Sequence record: SRR20825006_1683
Length of the DNA stretch: 52,808 nt
Strand: one strand, 5' to 3'
Made by a program: the position numbers and the translations under genes. Positions within the stretch are counted from its first letter, which is position 1, and each line of letters begins with the position of its first letter. The notes under the pieces are model-generated. The model worked only from the letters and a program-made list of their open reading frames with translations. It was not told the origin of the DNA and ran no database searches. Shown in pieces: positions 39,182 through 49,464 of the stretch.

Positions 39182-40798
39182 CTATATTGTTTGGAATTCT
39201 GGCATTTGAAATAAACGCGAGAGGACTAGTTCAACGCGCTGCTTAACTGGATCTGAGTAGGTTGTGTTCCCTGGATTATTCAAGTACTCATTGTATTGGA
39301 GCGTCCATTCGAAATCTGGGAGTCCATTGGTTAAAATTGACTTCAGAATTAATTTTTGCGTGGCATTCAGTCCTTTTGGAGTAAATACATCTACCATATC
39401 ATTAATCACCTGCGGTGCATCTGGTGGCAGCGATAAATTATCTAAAAACGTGAGTGCATCGAGTTTCCAATTGACTCCATTCCCTGGAATCCCTGTATAA
39501 ATCGTAATGAAATCTGAAACTTGAAAACGGAGTCTCAGGGAAGTTGCATTTACCCATAACTGCGTGAAAGCAGGAGTTTGGTAATAAGCTGGCCAACCCG
39601 CAACGCTTGGTGGTTGCGCATACGATTGTCCCATAAAATCCGCAACAACATACAAGTAACCAAGCAATGCTGCGTCTGTATCTGGAGCAAAATTCGATTC
39701 TGTTTGAGTAGCATTGAACATAGAAAAGATCATTTCCAATGGACCCTTGATTTGCGCTCCTCGTACAGAAATGTCGTAAAAATGTTCGCTAGACAGCAAC
39801 TCGGTCATTACGGGTAAGATTTCGTAATTGTTCGCAATCAACGTTGCTGCCATATCTTGGATTACGGTAGTTTCAACCGTTGCCGTTAGATCATAATTCA
39901 CGAAATAACGGTACAGTTTTCTGCAAATATGCAGCGCCGTAGCATTTTGTTGAAAAATGATATCAATGTAATCCTCGTATTCCGTTGCCCCATTCGCTGG
40001 AATTACCGCTCCAGAAAAGTGATAAGACAATGTTTTTGTGGATGTATCATGAAGAATTGGTGTGAAATTAGACGTAACCTGTGTCTGCGTATCACTGAAC
40101 ACACCGTCTACAAGGTATCCGGTAAGAATTTTTGCACCAGCGGCAACATCATCTTCGGTATAATTTGAATAATCTCCAAGAGCGATTTGAGCACCTTTAC
40201 CGATAGAGAACAATTCTAACAACTCTCGTGCATAGTTTTCATTTGGACTGAATAACGTATTTGTGTCTCCGTTTAAAAACATCAACATTGCTGGATTAAT
40301 GGTCACGTCCTTTACTAATTGTCTAAAATTACCTAAGGCTTGCGAATGCAGAAGCATGAAATAATCATAAGTTGCACGCGCATCAGGAGCATAAGGCGTT
40401 GCAAAATGGTTTTGCCAAAAAAGACACATTTTTTCTGCTATTGAAAACTGTTCTTCATTGATTCGCCTCGCTAGCCAAACCGCCAAAGACTCATTTCGGG
40501 CATTCGCCGTTTGTGCAGCCTGTGCTTGATTCGATGGATAAACATCATTCACCCATACGCCACCATAAGGTGTAACGAGTTCATCAGGACTATGTGCAAT
40601 GGGGTCTTGAATGGTAGGAATTTGCAGTAACGACGTGAGCGTAGCATTCATTCCGTTGGTAACCGCGTCTAAAATTTGTTGATTGGTCGGTCCAAATAGT
40701 GTTCTTCTGAGAAGATGTCCAGCCTCTGCTTTTGTCCATGCTCCCGTGTAAGGAGCCAAACTGTAGGAGATTGGCGTCTGTATGTCTTGTTTTGGCAT
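39182..40798 (-). CDS. DUF1800 family protein
   Basis: HLLRRTLFG, FWQNHFAT, PNENYARELLELFSIG, PPSVAGWP and PEFQ. Confidence 0.88.
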   Translation of the reverse strand: MPKQDIQTPISYSLAPYTGAWTKAEAGHLLRRTLFGPTNQQILDAVTNGMNATLTSLLQIPTIQDPIAHSPDELVTPYGGVWVNDVYPSNQAQAAQTANARNESLAVWLARRINEEQFSIAEKMCLFWQNHFATPYAPDARATYDYFMLLHSQALGNFRQLVKDVTINPAMLMFLNGDTNTLFSPNENYARELLELFSIGKGAQIALGDYSNYTEDDVAAGAKILTGYLVDGVFSDTQTQVTSNFTPILHDTSTKTLSYHFSGAVIPANGATEYEDYIDIIFQQNATALHICRKLYRYFVNYDLTATVETTVIQDMAATLIANNYEILPVMTELLSSEHFYDISVRGAQIKGPLEMIFSMFNATQTESNFAPDTDAALLGYLYVVADFMGQSYAQPPSVAGWPAYYQTPAFTQLWVNATSLRLRFQVSDFITIYTGIPGNGVNWKLDALTFLDNLSLPPDAPQVINDMVDVFTPKGLNATQKLILKSILTNGLPDFEWTLQYNEYLNNPGNTTYSDPVKQRVELVLSRLFQMPEFQTI

Positions 40799-40909
40799 AA
40801 GCGTAAAAATGTAATAGTTCAACCAAGTTACTAAATAGAGTTGAATGATCAAACTCTGCTCAGTTTCGTACTCTGTACGACTGATTGGACATCCAAAAAG
40901 TTACAACGT

Positions 40910-41839
40910 TTAATCTAAAAAACGAATATTTCTTGATAAACCACTGAATTTGGTTCTTTTCAGCGCACTTTTCTTGAACACTTCGCGAAACACTTCTTCT
41001 GTGAGGTCAGTCCAATCGGCCTTAGACATTTTCAGCAAATTCTCATGTGGATTAAAGCGTGCTTCGCTGTGCGGTTTTGAGAAACGATTCCATGGACAAA
41101 CATCCTGACAGATATCGCAGCCAAACATCCAACTTTCCATTTTCCCTTGAAACTCTTTTGGCAGGATTTCATCTTTTAATTCAATGGTGAGATAGGAAAT
41201 ACATTTTGATCCATCCACAACGTACGGCTCAACAATCGCATCTGTTGGACATTCGTCTATACACGCGGTGCATGTTCCACAATAATCTTTCATGGGACCA
41301 TCCGCTTCCAGTTCTAGGTCGAGAATTAGTTCAGCAATAAAGAAGAAAGAGCCGTGTTTTGGGTGAATCAAATTAGAACTTTTTCCCATCCAACCCAAAC
41401 CACTACGTTTCGCCCATGCTTTGTCCATCACAGGAGCCGAGTCTACAAACATTCTCCCTCCTACTTCACCAATTTCCTCATGAATGAACGCGAAAAATTC
41501 TTTCAATTTGTCCTTTATCACAAAATGGTAATCCTCTCCATAAGCGTATTTTGCCAGTTTTGGAGCTCCCTCTTCTTCCTGAACTTCGTGAGGATAATAA
41601 TTGAGCAAAAGAGAAACAACACTTTTAGCATCATCGACGAGTAAACGTGGATCCAGTCGCTTATCGAGATAATTCTCCATGTAGCTCATTTTTCCGTGAT
41701 AGCCTCGTTTAAGCCATTCATCTAACTCCCGCGCTTCTTTTTCTAGGAAATCAGCTTTTGAGATTCCACAGAACATAAAGCCTAGATCATGCGCCTTTTG
41801 CTTTATTAACTGAGTATGTTTCTCCACTGAATGTATCAT
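40910..41839 (-). CDS. queG: Epoxyqueuosine reductase
   Basis: [34 protein letters not shown] and [12 protein letters not shown]. Confidence 0.95.
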   Translation of the reverse strand: MIHSVEKHTQLIKQKAHDLGFMFCGISKADFLEKEARELDEWLKRGYHGKMSYMENYLDKRLDPRLLVDDAKSVVSLLLNYYPHEVQEEEGAPKLAKYAYGEDYHFVIKDKLKEFFAFIHEEIGEVGGRMFVDSAPVMDKAWAKRSGLGWMGKSSNLIHPKHGSFFFIAELILDLELEADGPMKDYCGTCTACIDECPTDAIVEPYVVDGSKCISYLTIELKDEILPKEFQGKMESWMFGCDICQDVCPWNRFSKPHSEARFNPHENLLKMSKADWTDLTEEVFREVFKKSALKRTKFSGLSRNIRFLD

Positions 41840-41896
41840 TGAAACGAAGATACACGTTTTATCAATGTCACATTACTAGTCTAGGGGATTCAACTG

Positions 41897-42024
41897 TTTT
41901 CAATATGAAAATACCTTTCCCGATCTGAAATGATCCAAACCATTCTGACTGTACTTTAGTTTTCGGCTATTCCCCTGTCCATGCCAAACGTCGCTGTTTT
42001 CTTTACTCATGGCACGTCCATTGA
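41897..42024 (+). promoter_or_regulatory. Candidate enhancer palindrome and sigma54 promoter
   Basis: TTTTCA-ata-TGAAAA at 41897-41911; TGGCACG-tcca-TTGA at 42010-42024, one mismatch to the sigma54 consensus. Confidence 0.55.
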
Positions 42025-42087
42025 TTGTGTTGGATCAATCGAATTGAAAACGTATATTAACATGTCTGTATCTTTACAACAACTTAG

Positions 42088-44448
42088 ATGAAAATAAAAC
42101 TTGGAGTTAAACAACGAATAATTGGCATTATCGGCATTACCGTCGCGTTAGTGGGTACGGTTGGCATTTTCACTTATCTTCAGTTTTCTGAAGTTTTGGA
42201 TACTATTACGGACACTTCGAAAGTGGATCCGAGTATCTCAAAAACGAAAGAAGTCCTCTCAACAATTTCGCGCGCTGAAAACAGAATCCGGAGTTATACA
42301 CTCACTGAAGATTCCATCCATCTTACGAAATATGCTGAGATGAAAGATCAGATGGATGTGCTCTTGGATGATTTGAAATTGATGAAACCCGTAGTTGCAG
42401 GGATATCGATTGATACTTTTCAATCACTCGTTAAAGAGCGTTTCATGATTCTCGAAGAACTCGTTGGGATTCAAAAAGAATTTAGAGTTGGGGAAGCGTT
42501 CAAAAGTGTTACAGATCACGTGAACAAGGGGACAACGCAAAGTACGACAACCGACGAATCCGACGCCAAATGGTTCAATTTCCGTAAAAAATCGACGGTG
42601 AAACAAAATACAGAAGTAAATCTGTCGGAAATAACTGAAAACATTCAAAAAATTAGAGCCACCGAGACACGAAAGGAAGAAGTTCAATTGCAACGCGAAC
42701 TTGAGCTTTTAAATGCTGAACGAAAAAATGACATCCGAGTTCAAGCGATTCTTTACGCCATTGAGATAGACGAGAAAAAAACCAATCTTGCAAAATCACG
42801 CGAGGTGAAGGCACTTATCCGACGCACGAATTTTCAAATCATCTTGTTTTGCGCCGCAATTTTTGGACTCTTAATTTTCATGACTTCCACCATTGTAAAC
42901 TACATTCGTCGTAACAATGAATATCGAAGTATTCTTAAAAAAGCCAAGCGAGAGGCTGAATCCTTAGCAAAAGCGAAAGAATTGTTCGTAGCTACTTTGA
43001 GTCACGAAATTCGCACACCCGTGAATATTATCTCTGGATTTACCGAGCAACTAGCTCAAAGCGATCTCAGTGAAGAACAAAGCGAACACATTAATATCAT
43101 TTCAGAATCTTCTTCGCACTTATTGGATCTAATCAATGCCGTTTTAGATTTCACGAAACTCGAAAACAACAAATTAGTATTGGAATCCACAGGATTTTCT
43201 CCAGAAAAAACAATCTCATCTGTTCGTTCGCTGCTCTCGTCACAAGCAAAAGACAGTGAGGTAGAACTTACTTTTGAAATCAGCGAATCGGTTCCAGAAA
43301 CGGTGGTCGGAGACGCCTTTCGCCTTCGTCAAATTCTAATTAACCTAGTTGGAAACGCCATTAAGTTTGCACATCAAGGAAATGTGCATGTAGCGCTAGA
43401 TTCTAGAGAACAAGATGACGTGCATTGCATATTAGAGCTTGTGATTACGGATGATGGTATTGGAATGACGGAGGAACAACTTGCGATCGTTTTTAACGAA
43501 TTTGAGCAGGCAGAAAAAAGTACTACGCGTTTGTATGGCGGCACTGGATTGGGACTTTCTATCACAAAGAAGCTTGTTGAATTACAAGGAGGTTCCATTC
43601 GCATAGAAAGCAATGAGGGTAAAGGGACTATCGTTTTCGTGGACATTCCCGTTGAAATCGGAGACGACTCGCAATTGGAAGACCCGACAGATGACTTTGA
43701 ACAATTAGACCTCAGTCAATTTACCCTTTTAGTTGTAGATGATGAAGAATTTAACCGAAAACTGGTGAGCATTATTCTGAACAAATATAACGCGAAGGTA
43801 GTTGAAGCGGCAGACGGACAAGAAGCAATCTTGATGGCACAAGAGCATTCTCCAGATTTGATTTTAATGGATGAACAAATGCCTCATTTGAATGGGATTG
43901 AAGCTGCAAAACGGATCCGTGAACTGAACATCACTGCTCCCATAATTACGTTATCAGCTGCGGTTACACCCGATTACTTGGAAGCACTCAAAGAATCTGT
44001 AATCGACGATTATCTGCCCAAACCGTTTAGACAATCTGAATTGATGCAAAAAATCGTAAACTTTCTTTCCCCACAACTATCGGAGATTTTAAGTCAAGAT
44101 GAAAGCCTGAGCTTCGATGATTTGAAAAGTTTAAGTGACGGCGATCATGTCTTCTACCTTGAAATGCTGGAAACCTTTGAAAATAGCACTTCGAATGGAA
44201 TGAAGCATATTCAAGAAGCTGTTGAGGAAAAGAATTGGAACAGCGCCGCCGAATACGCCCATCGAATCAGCGCGCCATGTAAACACTTATCGGCAGATAC
44301 TTTGTACGGTTATTTAAAGGAAATTGAGACCAACTGTCGCGAAGAAATTCACCTTGATGCTATTCACAATTTAGTTGATCTTGCATCCAAAGAGGCGAAA
44401 GAGATCCTTTCAAAAATTCGTGAAGAGCGTTTGTCGTTCAACGAATGA
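42088..44448 (+). CDS. Hybrid sensor histidine kinase (2 TM, CHASE3-like sensor, HisKA, HATPase, REC, Hpt)
   Basis: SHEIRTP, NLVGNAIKF, DDGIG, GGTGLGL, LMDEQMP and C-terminal AHRI Hpt helix. Confidence 0.92.
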   Translation: MKIKLGVKQRIIGIIGITVALVGTVGIFTYLQFSEVLDTITDTSKVDPSISKTKEVLSTISRAENRIRSYTLTEDSIHLTKYAEMKDQMDVLLDDLKLMKPVVAGISIDTFQSLVKERFMILEELVGIQKEFRVGEAFKSVTDHVNKGTTQSTTTDESDAKWFNFRKKSTVKQNTEVNLSEITENIQKIRATETRKEEVQLQRELELLNAERKNDIRVQAILYAIEIDEKKTNLAKSREVKALIRRTNFQIILFCAAIFGLLIFMTSTIVNYIRRNNEYRSILKKAKREAESLAKAKELFVATLSHEIRTPVNIISGFTEQLAQSDLSEEQSEHINIISESSSHLLDLINAVLDFTKLENNKLVLESTGFSPEKTISSVRSLLSSQAKDSEVELTFEISESVPETVVGDAFRLRQILINLVGNAIKFAHQGNVHVALDSREQDDVHCILELVITDDGIGMTEEQLAIVFNEFEQAEKSTTRLYGGTGLGLSITKKLVELQGGSIRIESNEGKGTIVFVDIPVEIGDDSQLEDPTDDFEQLDLSQFTLLVVDDEEFNRKLVSIILNKYNAKVVEAADGQEAILMAQEHSPDLILMDEQMPHLNGIEAAKRIRELNITAPIITLSAAVTPDYLEALKESVIDDYLPKPFRQSELMQKIVNFLSPQLSEILSQDESLSFDDLKSLSDGDHVFYLEMLETFENSTSNGMKHIQEAVEEKNWNSAAEYAHRISAPCKHLSADTLYGYLKEIETNCREEIHLDAIHNLVDLASKEAKEILSKIREERLSFNE

Positions 44449-44485
44449 GAATATTTCTCTAAATTCGCAACAAGACGTTGAATGT

Positions 44486-45853
44486 ATGAATGATACTCCT
44501 TTTTTAGTATTTGTGGTAGAAGATGACGAATGGTACAGTAAACTGCTCGTTCATAGCATTTCATTGAATCCAGAGTTTGAAGTAGAACGCTTCTTTACAG
44601 GAAAGGAGTTACTTTCAGCTTTGCACAGGAGACCGTCAGTTATTACACTTGATTACCGTTTACCTGATTTTCAAGGCGATGAATTACTTAAAAAGATTAA
44701 ATCTTTCGATCCATCCATTGAGGTGATCATTATCTCTGAGCAAGAAAATATTGAAACGGCAATTGACCTCTTAAAACATGGTGCTTACGATTACATCGTT
44801 AAGTCTAAAGACATTAAAGATCGTATTCTCAATAAGGTGAATCACATTCACAAGAATGTTGGGCTTCAAAAGCGAATCAATTTCCTTCAGAAAGAAGTAG
44901 AGAATAAATTTGCTTTCGAAAAAACGATTATTGGTAAAAGTAGCGGGATTCAGCGTGTTTTTCAAATGCTGGAAAAGGCAGTAGCCACAAATATTACTGT
45001 TTCCATATATGGAGAAACTGGTACAGGAAAAGAGGTCGTTGCAAAAGCAATTCACTTCAATTCACCGCGGCGTGAGGAAGCTTTTGTGGCAATTAATGTT
45101 GCTGCCATTCCTTCAGAATTAATTGAGAGTGAACTTTTTGGTTTCGAAAAAGGTGCTTTTACTGGAGCTATTGCTCAGCGAAAGGGAAAATTTGAAGAAG
45201 CACAAGGCGGCACGCTTTTCCTTGATGAAATTGGCGAAATGGACATCAATGCGCAGGTAAAACTACTCCGCGTTTTGCAAGAAAAAGAAATCGTTCGGAT
45301 CGGAGGAAACAAGACGATCAAAGTAGATTGTAGGATAATTGTGGCAACAAATAAAAACTTGCTGGATGAAGTAAAAGCCGGACGTTTTAGAGAAGATCTT
45401 TATTATCGTTTATTTGGACTGCCGATTCACTTGCCTTCTTTAAGTGAGCGTGAAGATGATTCTTTAATTCTAGCCAATTATTTTATTACAGAGTTTTGCG
45501 CACAAAACGGCATGGAGCCAAAATATTTGGACGAAAGTGCCCGCAGAAAATTAAAAGGCTACCAATGGCCTGGGAATGTGCGTGAATTAAAATCAGTCGC
45601 TGAATTGGCGGTAGTGATGTCTAACTCAAATGAAATCAGCGCTGGAGATATAACGCTGGCTTCGGGTAATGATTTGCTCCCAGATCTTCTCACAACCGAG
45701 GAAACCATGCGTGCCTATTCTATTCGCATTGTTCAGTTTTATATGAATCGATACGACAATGACACTAAGAAGGTAGCGGATGTACTCGCCATTGGTCAAA
45801 CTACTGTTTACCGCTTATTAAAAGAGGCAAAAGATTTCGAAGGTGAAAACTAA
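44486..45853 (+). CDS. Sigma54-dependent response regulator (NtrC family)
   Basis: Receiver domain, GETGTGKE, intact GAFTGA, FLDEIG, WPGNVREL and Fis-type HTH. Confidence 0.94.
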   Translation: MNDTPFLVFVVEDDEWYSKLLVHSISLNPEFEVERFFTGKELLSALHRRPSVITLDYRLPDFQGDELLKKIKSFDPSIEVIIISEQENIETAIDLLKHGAYDYIVKSKDIKDRILNKVNHIHKNVGLQKRINFLQKEVENKFAFEKTIIGKSSGIQRVFQMLEKAVATNITVSIYGETGTGKEVVAKAIHFNSPRREEAFVAINVAAIPSELIESELFGFEKGAFTGAIAQRKGKFEEAQGGTLFLDEIGEMDINAQVKLLRVLQEKEIVRIGGNKTIKVDCRIIVATNKNLLDEVKAGRFREDLYYRLFGLPIHLPSLSEREDDSLILANYFITEFCAQNGMEPKYLDESARRKLKGYQWPGNVRELKSVAELAVVMSNSNEISAGDITLASGNDLLPDLLTTEETMRAYSIRIVQFYMNRYDNDTKKVADVLAIGQTTVYRLLKEAKDFEGEN

Positions 45854-45912
45854 TTTTTCCTTGGTGTTATAGTACTTCTTGTTCCTGTTTTATCATTGTT
45901 CTTAATCCATCT

Positions 45913-46019
45913 CATTTTCATTTTGAAAATGATTCTTTCAATTAGGCGAAAAATCAGCATTTTAAATATTGTTATATAACTGTATATCAATTAGTTATGT
46001 TTTTAGGCTTGCTTTTGGC
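45913..46019 (+). promoter_or_regulatory. Candidate enhancer, IHF-like site and sigma54 promoter
   Basis: CATTTTCA-ttt-TGAAAATG at 45913-45931; TATCAAttagTTA at 45985-45997; GG-N10-GC at 46006-46019. Confidence 0.5.
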
Positions 46020-46042
46020 ATTAATGAATAAAAACGAACAAT

Positions 46043-46483
46043 ATGAAAGCACGAAAGCAAATAATCAAAGTGGCTCTCGTCGAGGACGATCCCTACTATA
46101 ACAGACTTCTGACCAAATATGTGAAAACCATTTGTGCGGAAAGTTTCTACCCTGAGTTTCAATTTAACATTCAGTCCTATTTTTCTGCACACGAATGTAT
46201 AGAACAACTTGATGATGAATTAGACATTCTTGTTTTGGACTATTTTTTATTCAACAGAAACGAACAAGACATTCTTAGCGGCGCGGATGTTCTCGATGAA
46301 GTAACCAAGCATTGCGACCATTGTAAAGTGATTGTGGTGAGTGCGCTGAAAAGTCCGTCTACCATTCTTAAACTCAAACAAAAAGGAATTTATGCTTACA
46401 TCGACAAAAATGTAAACTCTAGAAATCGTATCGGGGCCCTGCTTCAAACAATTCTCGACGATCTCAAGCAAAAAAGAGCATAA
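46043..46483 (+). CDS. Stand-alone receiver-domain protein
   Basis: VEDD, VLDYFL, VVS and YIDK; no output domain. Confidence 0.85.
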   Translation: MKARKQIIKVALVEDDPYYNRLLTKYVKTICAESFYPEFQFNIQSYFSAHECIEQLDDELDILVLDYFLFNRNEQDILSGADVLDEVTKHCDHCKVIVVSALKSPSTILKLKQKGIYAYIDKNVNSRNRIGALLQTILDDLKQKRA

Positions 46484-46521
46484 ACTAAAAACAAATCATT
46501 CACTTATTAAACGAAAACAAC

Positions 46522-47040
46522 ATGAAAACTTTAAAATTAATTGCAGCATTAGGAATTACACTCTTATTTACACAGCAAACCAACGCTCAATTGGCGACAA
46601 ACTCATCCAACTACACAACTGCTGTAGGATTTAGAGGAGGAGAAACATCTGGACTTACGATCAAACATTTTATGGGAGATCAAAATGCACTGGAGGGAAT
46701 TATTGGATTGTGGTATCATGGATTTAGCGCAACGCTTTTGTATGAAAGACACTCACAAGCTTTTAACGCGAGTGGACTGAACTGGTATTATGGTTTGGGT
46801 GGACACGGAACAATTTACAGCTCATATAGATATTACGATTACCATGGTCGTCACCGTCATGATAGATACAAATCTGGAAGTGTTGGTGTAGGTGTAGATG
46901 GAATCTTTGGTTTGGAATATAAAATTCCTAAAGCGCCAATCGCATTCAGTTTGGACGTGAAGCCGTACATAGAAGTAATTTCTTCAGGAGGAATCTGGAC
47001 TTCATTAGACCCTGGACTAGGAATCAAAGTAACTTTTTAA
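46522..47040 (+). CDS. Small outer-membrane beta-barrel protein
   Basis: Signal peptide; amphipathic strands (LNWYYGLGGH, GIFGLEYK); terminal Phe. Confidence 0.78.
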   Translation: MKTLKLIAALGITLLFTQQTNAQLATNSSNYTTAVGFRGGETSGLTIKHFMGDQNALEGIIGLWYHGFSATLLYERHSQAFNASGLNWYYGLGGHGTIYSSYRYYDYHGRHRHDRYKSGSVGVGVDGIFGLEYKIPKAPIAFSLDVKPYIEVISSGGIWTSLDPGLGIKVTF

Positions 47041-47071
47041 TTAAGTAACGAATAACCAAAAAAGAATAAGC

Positions 47072-47605
47072 ATGAAAACATTATTGAGAACAACTGGAAT
47101 TCTAGCGATTGTAGCCCTTTTGGCAACAGGATGTGAAAAAGAACCCTCAGGGACAGGAACAATGACTGTAAAAATGAAAGACGCACCAACAGACTATGAT
47201 TCTGTGAACGTACAAGTGGAAAGCGTAGAGATTCATTACAGTGGTTCCAATGGAGGATGGATAAGTCTACCAACGAATGCAGGAATGTATAATTTACTCG
47301 ATCTGCAAAATGATGTGACTGCTGTTCTTTCTTCTGGAGGTCAACTCCCCGCGGGCGATATCACTCAAATGAGACTGATTCTTGGAAATACAAATTATGT
47401 CGTGATTGACAGCATACCATTCCCGCTTGATTTAACGAGTCAGGATAAAACAGGTTTGAAATTTAATTTGAATAGTTCTGTTTCATCTGGAGATTCGATA
47501 GAAGTACTTATCGATTTCGATGCTAACAAATCCATACTTGAAACGTCTTCAACTTCATTTAAATTGAAACCTGTAATCAAAGTTGAAAGCATTACATACT
47601 ATTAA
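47072..47605 (+). CDS. DUF4382 family lipoprotein
   Basis: Lipobox ATGC; MKDAP, NLLDLQN, QMRLILG, IDFDANKSI and LKPVI. Confidence 0.85.
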   Translation: MKTLLRTTGILAIVALLATGCEKEPSGTGTMTVKMKDAPTDYDSVNVQVESVEIHYSGSNGGWISLPTNAGMYNLLDLQNDVTAVLSSGGQLPAGDITQMRLILGNTNYVVIDSIPFPLDLTSQDKTGLKFNLNSSVSSGDSIEVLIDFDANKSILETSSTSFKLKPVIKVESITYY

Positions 47606-47655
47606 AGAGCCGTTTAGTAGGTGAGAACGTTGTTGCAGGCAGTTCTCTGGTTTAG

Positions 47656-47685
47656 AAAGTTCTCTTGGAAACGAGGGAACTTTTC
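47656..47685. terminator. Terminator between convergent genes
   Basis: AAAGTTCTCTTG-GAAA-CGAGGGAACTTT. Confidence 0.7.
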
Positions 47686-48252
47686 TTATTCCCTATTTTT
47701 CTCCAATTCGGCAATGCAAGACTCTCTTAACGTCCATAGTTCTTCAAAAGAAAGTGGGATTTTCTTATCGCTCATCCACTTCTTCATAAATTCCTGATGG
47801 ATTTCAATTTTTCGCTCTATAACATCATTCGGTTGAATACTAATCCGAACCAAAATGTCACTTTTCAACTTTTGAACTGATGAATTGGCGAAAGTAATAT
47901 CTCTCTCTTCTCCATTAATTTTAAGAAAACAGTGTGCTTCAGGAAGATAATCTAATCCATTTTCTTGCAGAAGAGTTCCAATTCCACGCGTGTTCTCTTC
48001 CTTCATCCGATAAATACACAAGATCAATTCCACATTTGGGATTTCGTTCAAATCGGCTATCATTTTTAAAAACGCGTGCTTCGAACTACAACTTCCCTTG
48101 CGCTCATACCACACTAGGGAAAAATCCGATCGATTCGCGTTTCTACCATAGTGAAAACGTTGCACGCAGCGCACTAAATCTTCAAACGTTACTACGCCTG
48201 ACTCAACAATTTCTGTTGTTAAATCGTCTTGTGAAGTTAATTGATCATGCAT
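47686..48252 (-). CDS. Hypothetical protein, transglutaminase-like
   Basis: GSCSSKH, PEAHCFL and RDIT give a Cys-His-Asp order. Confidence 0.65.
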   Translation of the reverse strand: MHDQLTSQDDLTTEIVESGVVTFEDLVRCVQRFHYGRNANRSDFSLVWYERKGSCSSKHAFLKMIADLNEIPNVELILCIYRMKEENTRGIGTLLQENGLDYLPEAHCFLKINGEERDITFANSSVQKLKSDILVRISIQPNDVIERKIEIHQEFMKKWMSDKKIPLSFEELWTLRESCIAELEKNRE

Positions 48253-48266
48253 TGTGATCACTTTTT

Positions 48267-49292
48267 TTAGAACAAACCGCCCTGAACAAAACCACTCGAC
48301 TTACCTAGATGTTTGTAAGCGTGTTCGGTTACCTTTCGTCCTCTTGGCGTGCGCATTAAAAATCCTTCTTGGATGAGATAAGGCTCATAAACTTCTTCTA
48401 ACGTTCCTGCATTTTCGCCGATTGCTGTTGCAATTGTTGTTAACCCAACGGGGCCGCCACTGAATTTTTCTATGATCGTCAATAGGATCTTATTGTCCAT
48501 TTCATCCAATCCACTTTTATCCACGTTTAATGCTTCCAAGGCGTGATTTGTAATGTCTAATGTGATGGTTCCGTCTCCTTTGATTTGTGCAAAATCGCGT
48601 ACACGGCGTAATAATGAGTTGGCAATTCTCGGTGTTCCTCGGCTTCGACTTGCAATTTGATATGCAGCTTCTTCTTTAATCGGAATATCGAGTAAACTAG
48701 AAGAACGTTCAACGATGAGCGTTAACGTTTTCGAGTCGTAATATTGTAAGCGTGAATTGATTCCAAAACGTGCACGTAAAGGAGAAGTTAATAATCCTGA
48801 ACGCGTTGTCGCACCAATAAGTGTAAATGGATTCAAGGCAATTTGTACTGTTCGCGCATTTGGTCCACTATCGATGAGAATATCGATACAATAATCTTCC
48901 ATCGCGGAATACAAGTATTCTTCAATAACAGGACTCAAACGATGAATTTCGTCAATGAACAACACATCTCCTCGTTCCAGGTTTGTGAGCAATCCAGCCA
49001 AATCTCCCGGCTTGTCGAGCACTGGTCCACTTGTAACCTTACATCCAACACCTAATTCGTTCGCGATAATGTTCGCCAAGGTTGTTTTACCAAGTCCCGG
49101 AGGTCCATGCAACAAAACATGATCGAGTGGCTCATTCCGCAGTATCGCAGCTTCTACGAACACTCGAAGATTGTCTACCACTTTCGGTTGACCTGCGAAA
49201 TCTTCCAATCGTTTTGGTCGCAGGACTTTATCGTAATCCTTTTCACCGTTTTTTTCGGCCTCTTCTCTATAATCGAATGATTCTTCTTCCAC
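48267..49292 (-). CDS. ruvB: Holliday junction branch migration helicase RuvB
   Basis: [29 protein letters not shown] and RTPRGR; GTG start. Confidence 0.97.
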   Translation of the reverse strand: MEEESFDYREEAEKNGEKDYDKVLRPKRLEDFAGQPKVVDNLRVFVEAAILRNEPLDHVLLHGPPGLGKTTLANIIANELGVGCKVTSGPVLDKPGDLAGLLTNLERGDVLFIDEIHRLSPVIEEYLYSAMEDYCIDILIDSGPNARTVQIALNPFTLIGATTRSGLLTSPLRARFGINSRLQYYDSKTLTLIVERSSSLLDIPIKEEAAYQIASRSRGTPRIANSLLRRVRDFAQIKGDGTITLDITNHALEALNVDKSGLDEMDNKILLTIIEKFSGGPVGLTTIATAIGENAGTLEEVYEPYLIQEGFLMRTPRGRKVTEHAYKHLGKSSGFVQGGLF

Positions 49293-49464
49293 CTTGCTGC
49301 TCAGCTTAAATGAGTATTGGATTGTTCCAAATGTACATTTGCCTATTGCGAGTAAAAGTACAAATTGATTTCTACAACTCGACTTTGATTGATTTGGAAA
49401 AGTTTCTTCTCACAGGGTTACTTTTTTTTAACTTGGACATATAAGGGTATCTAACTCTTCAATT

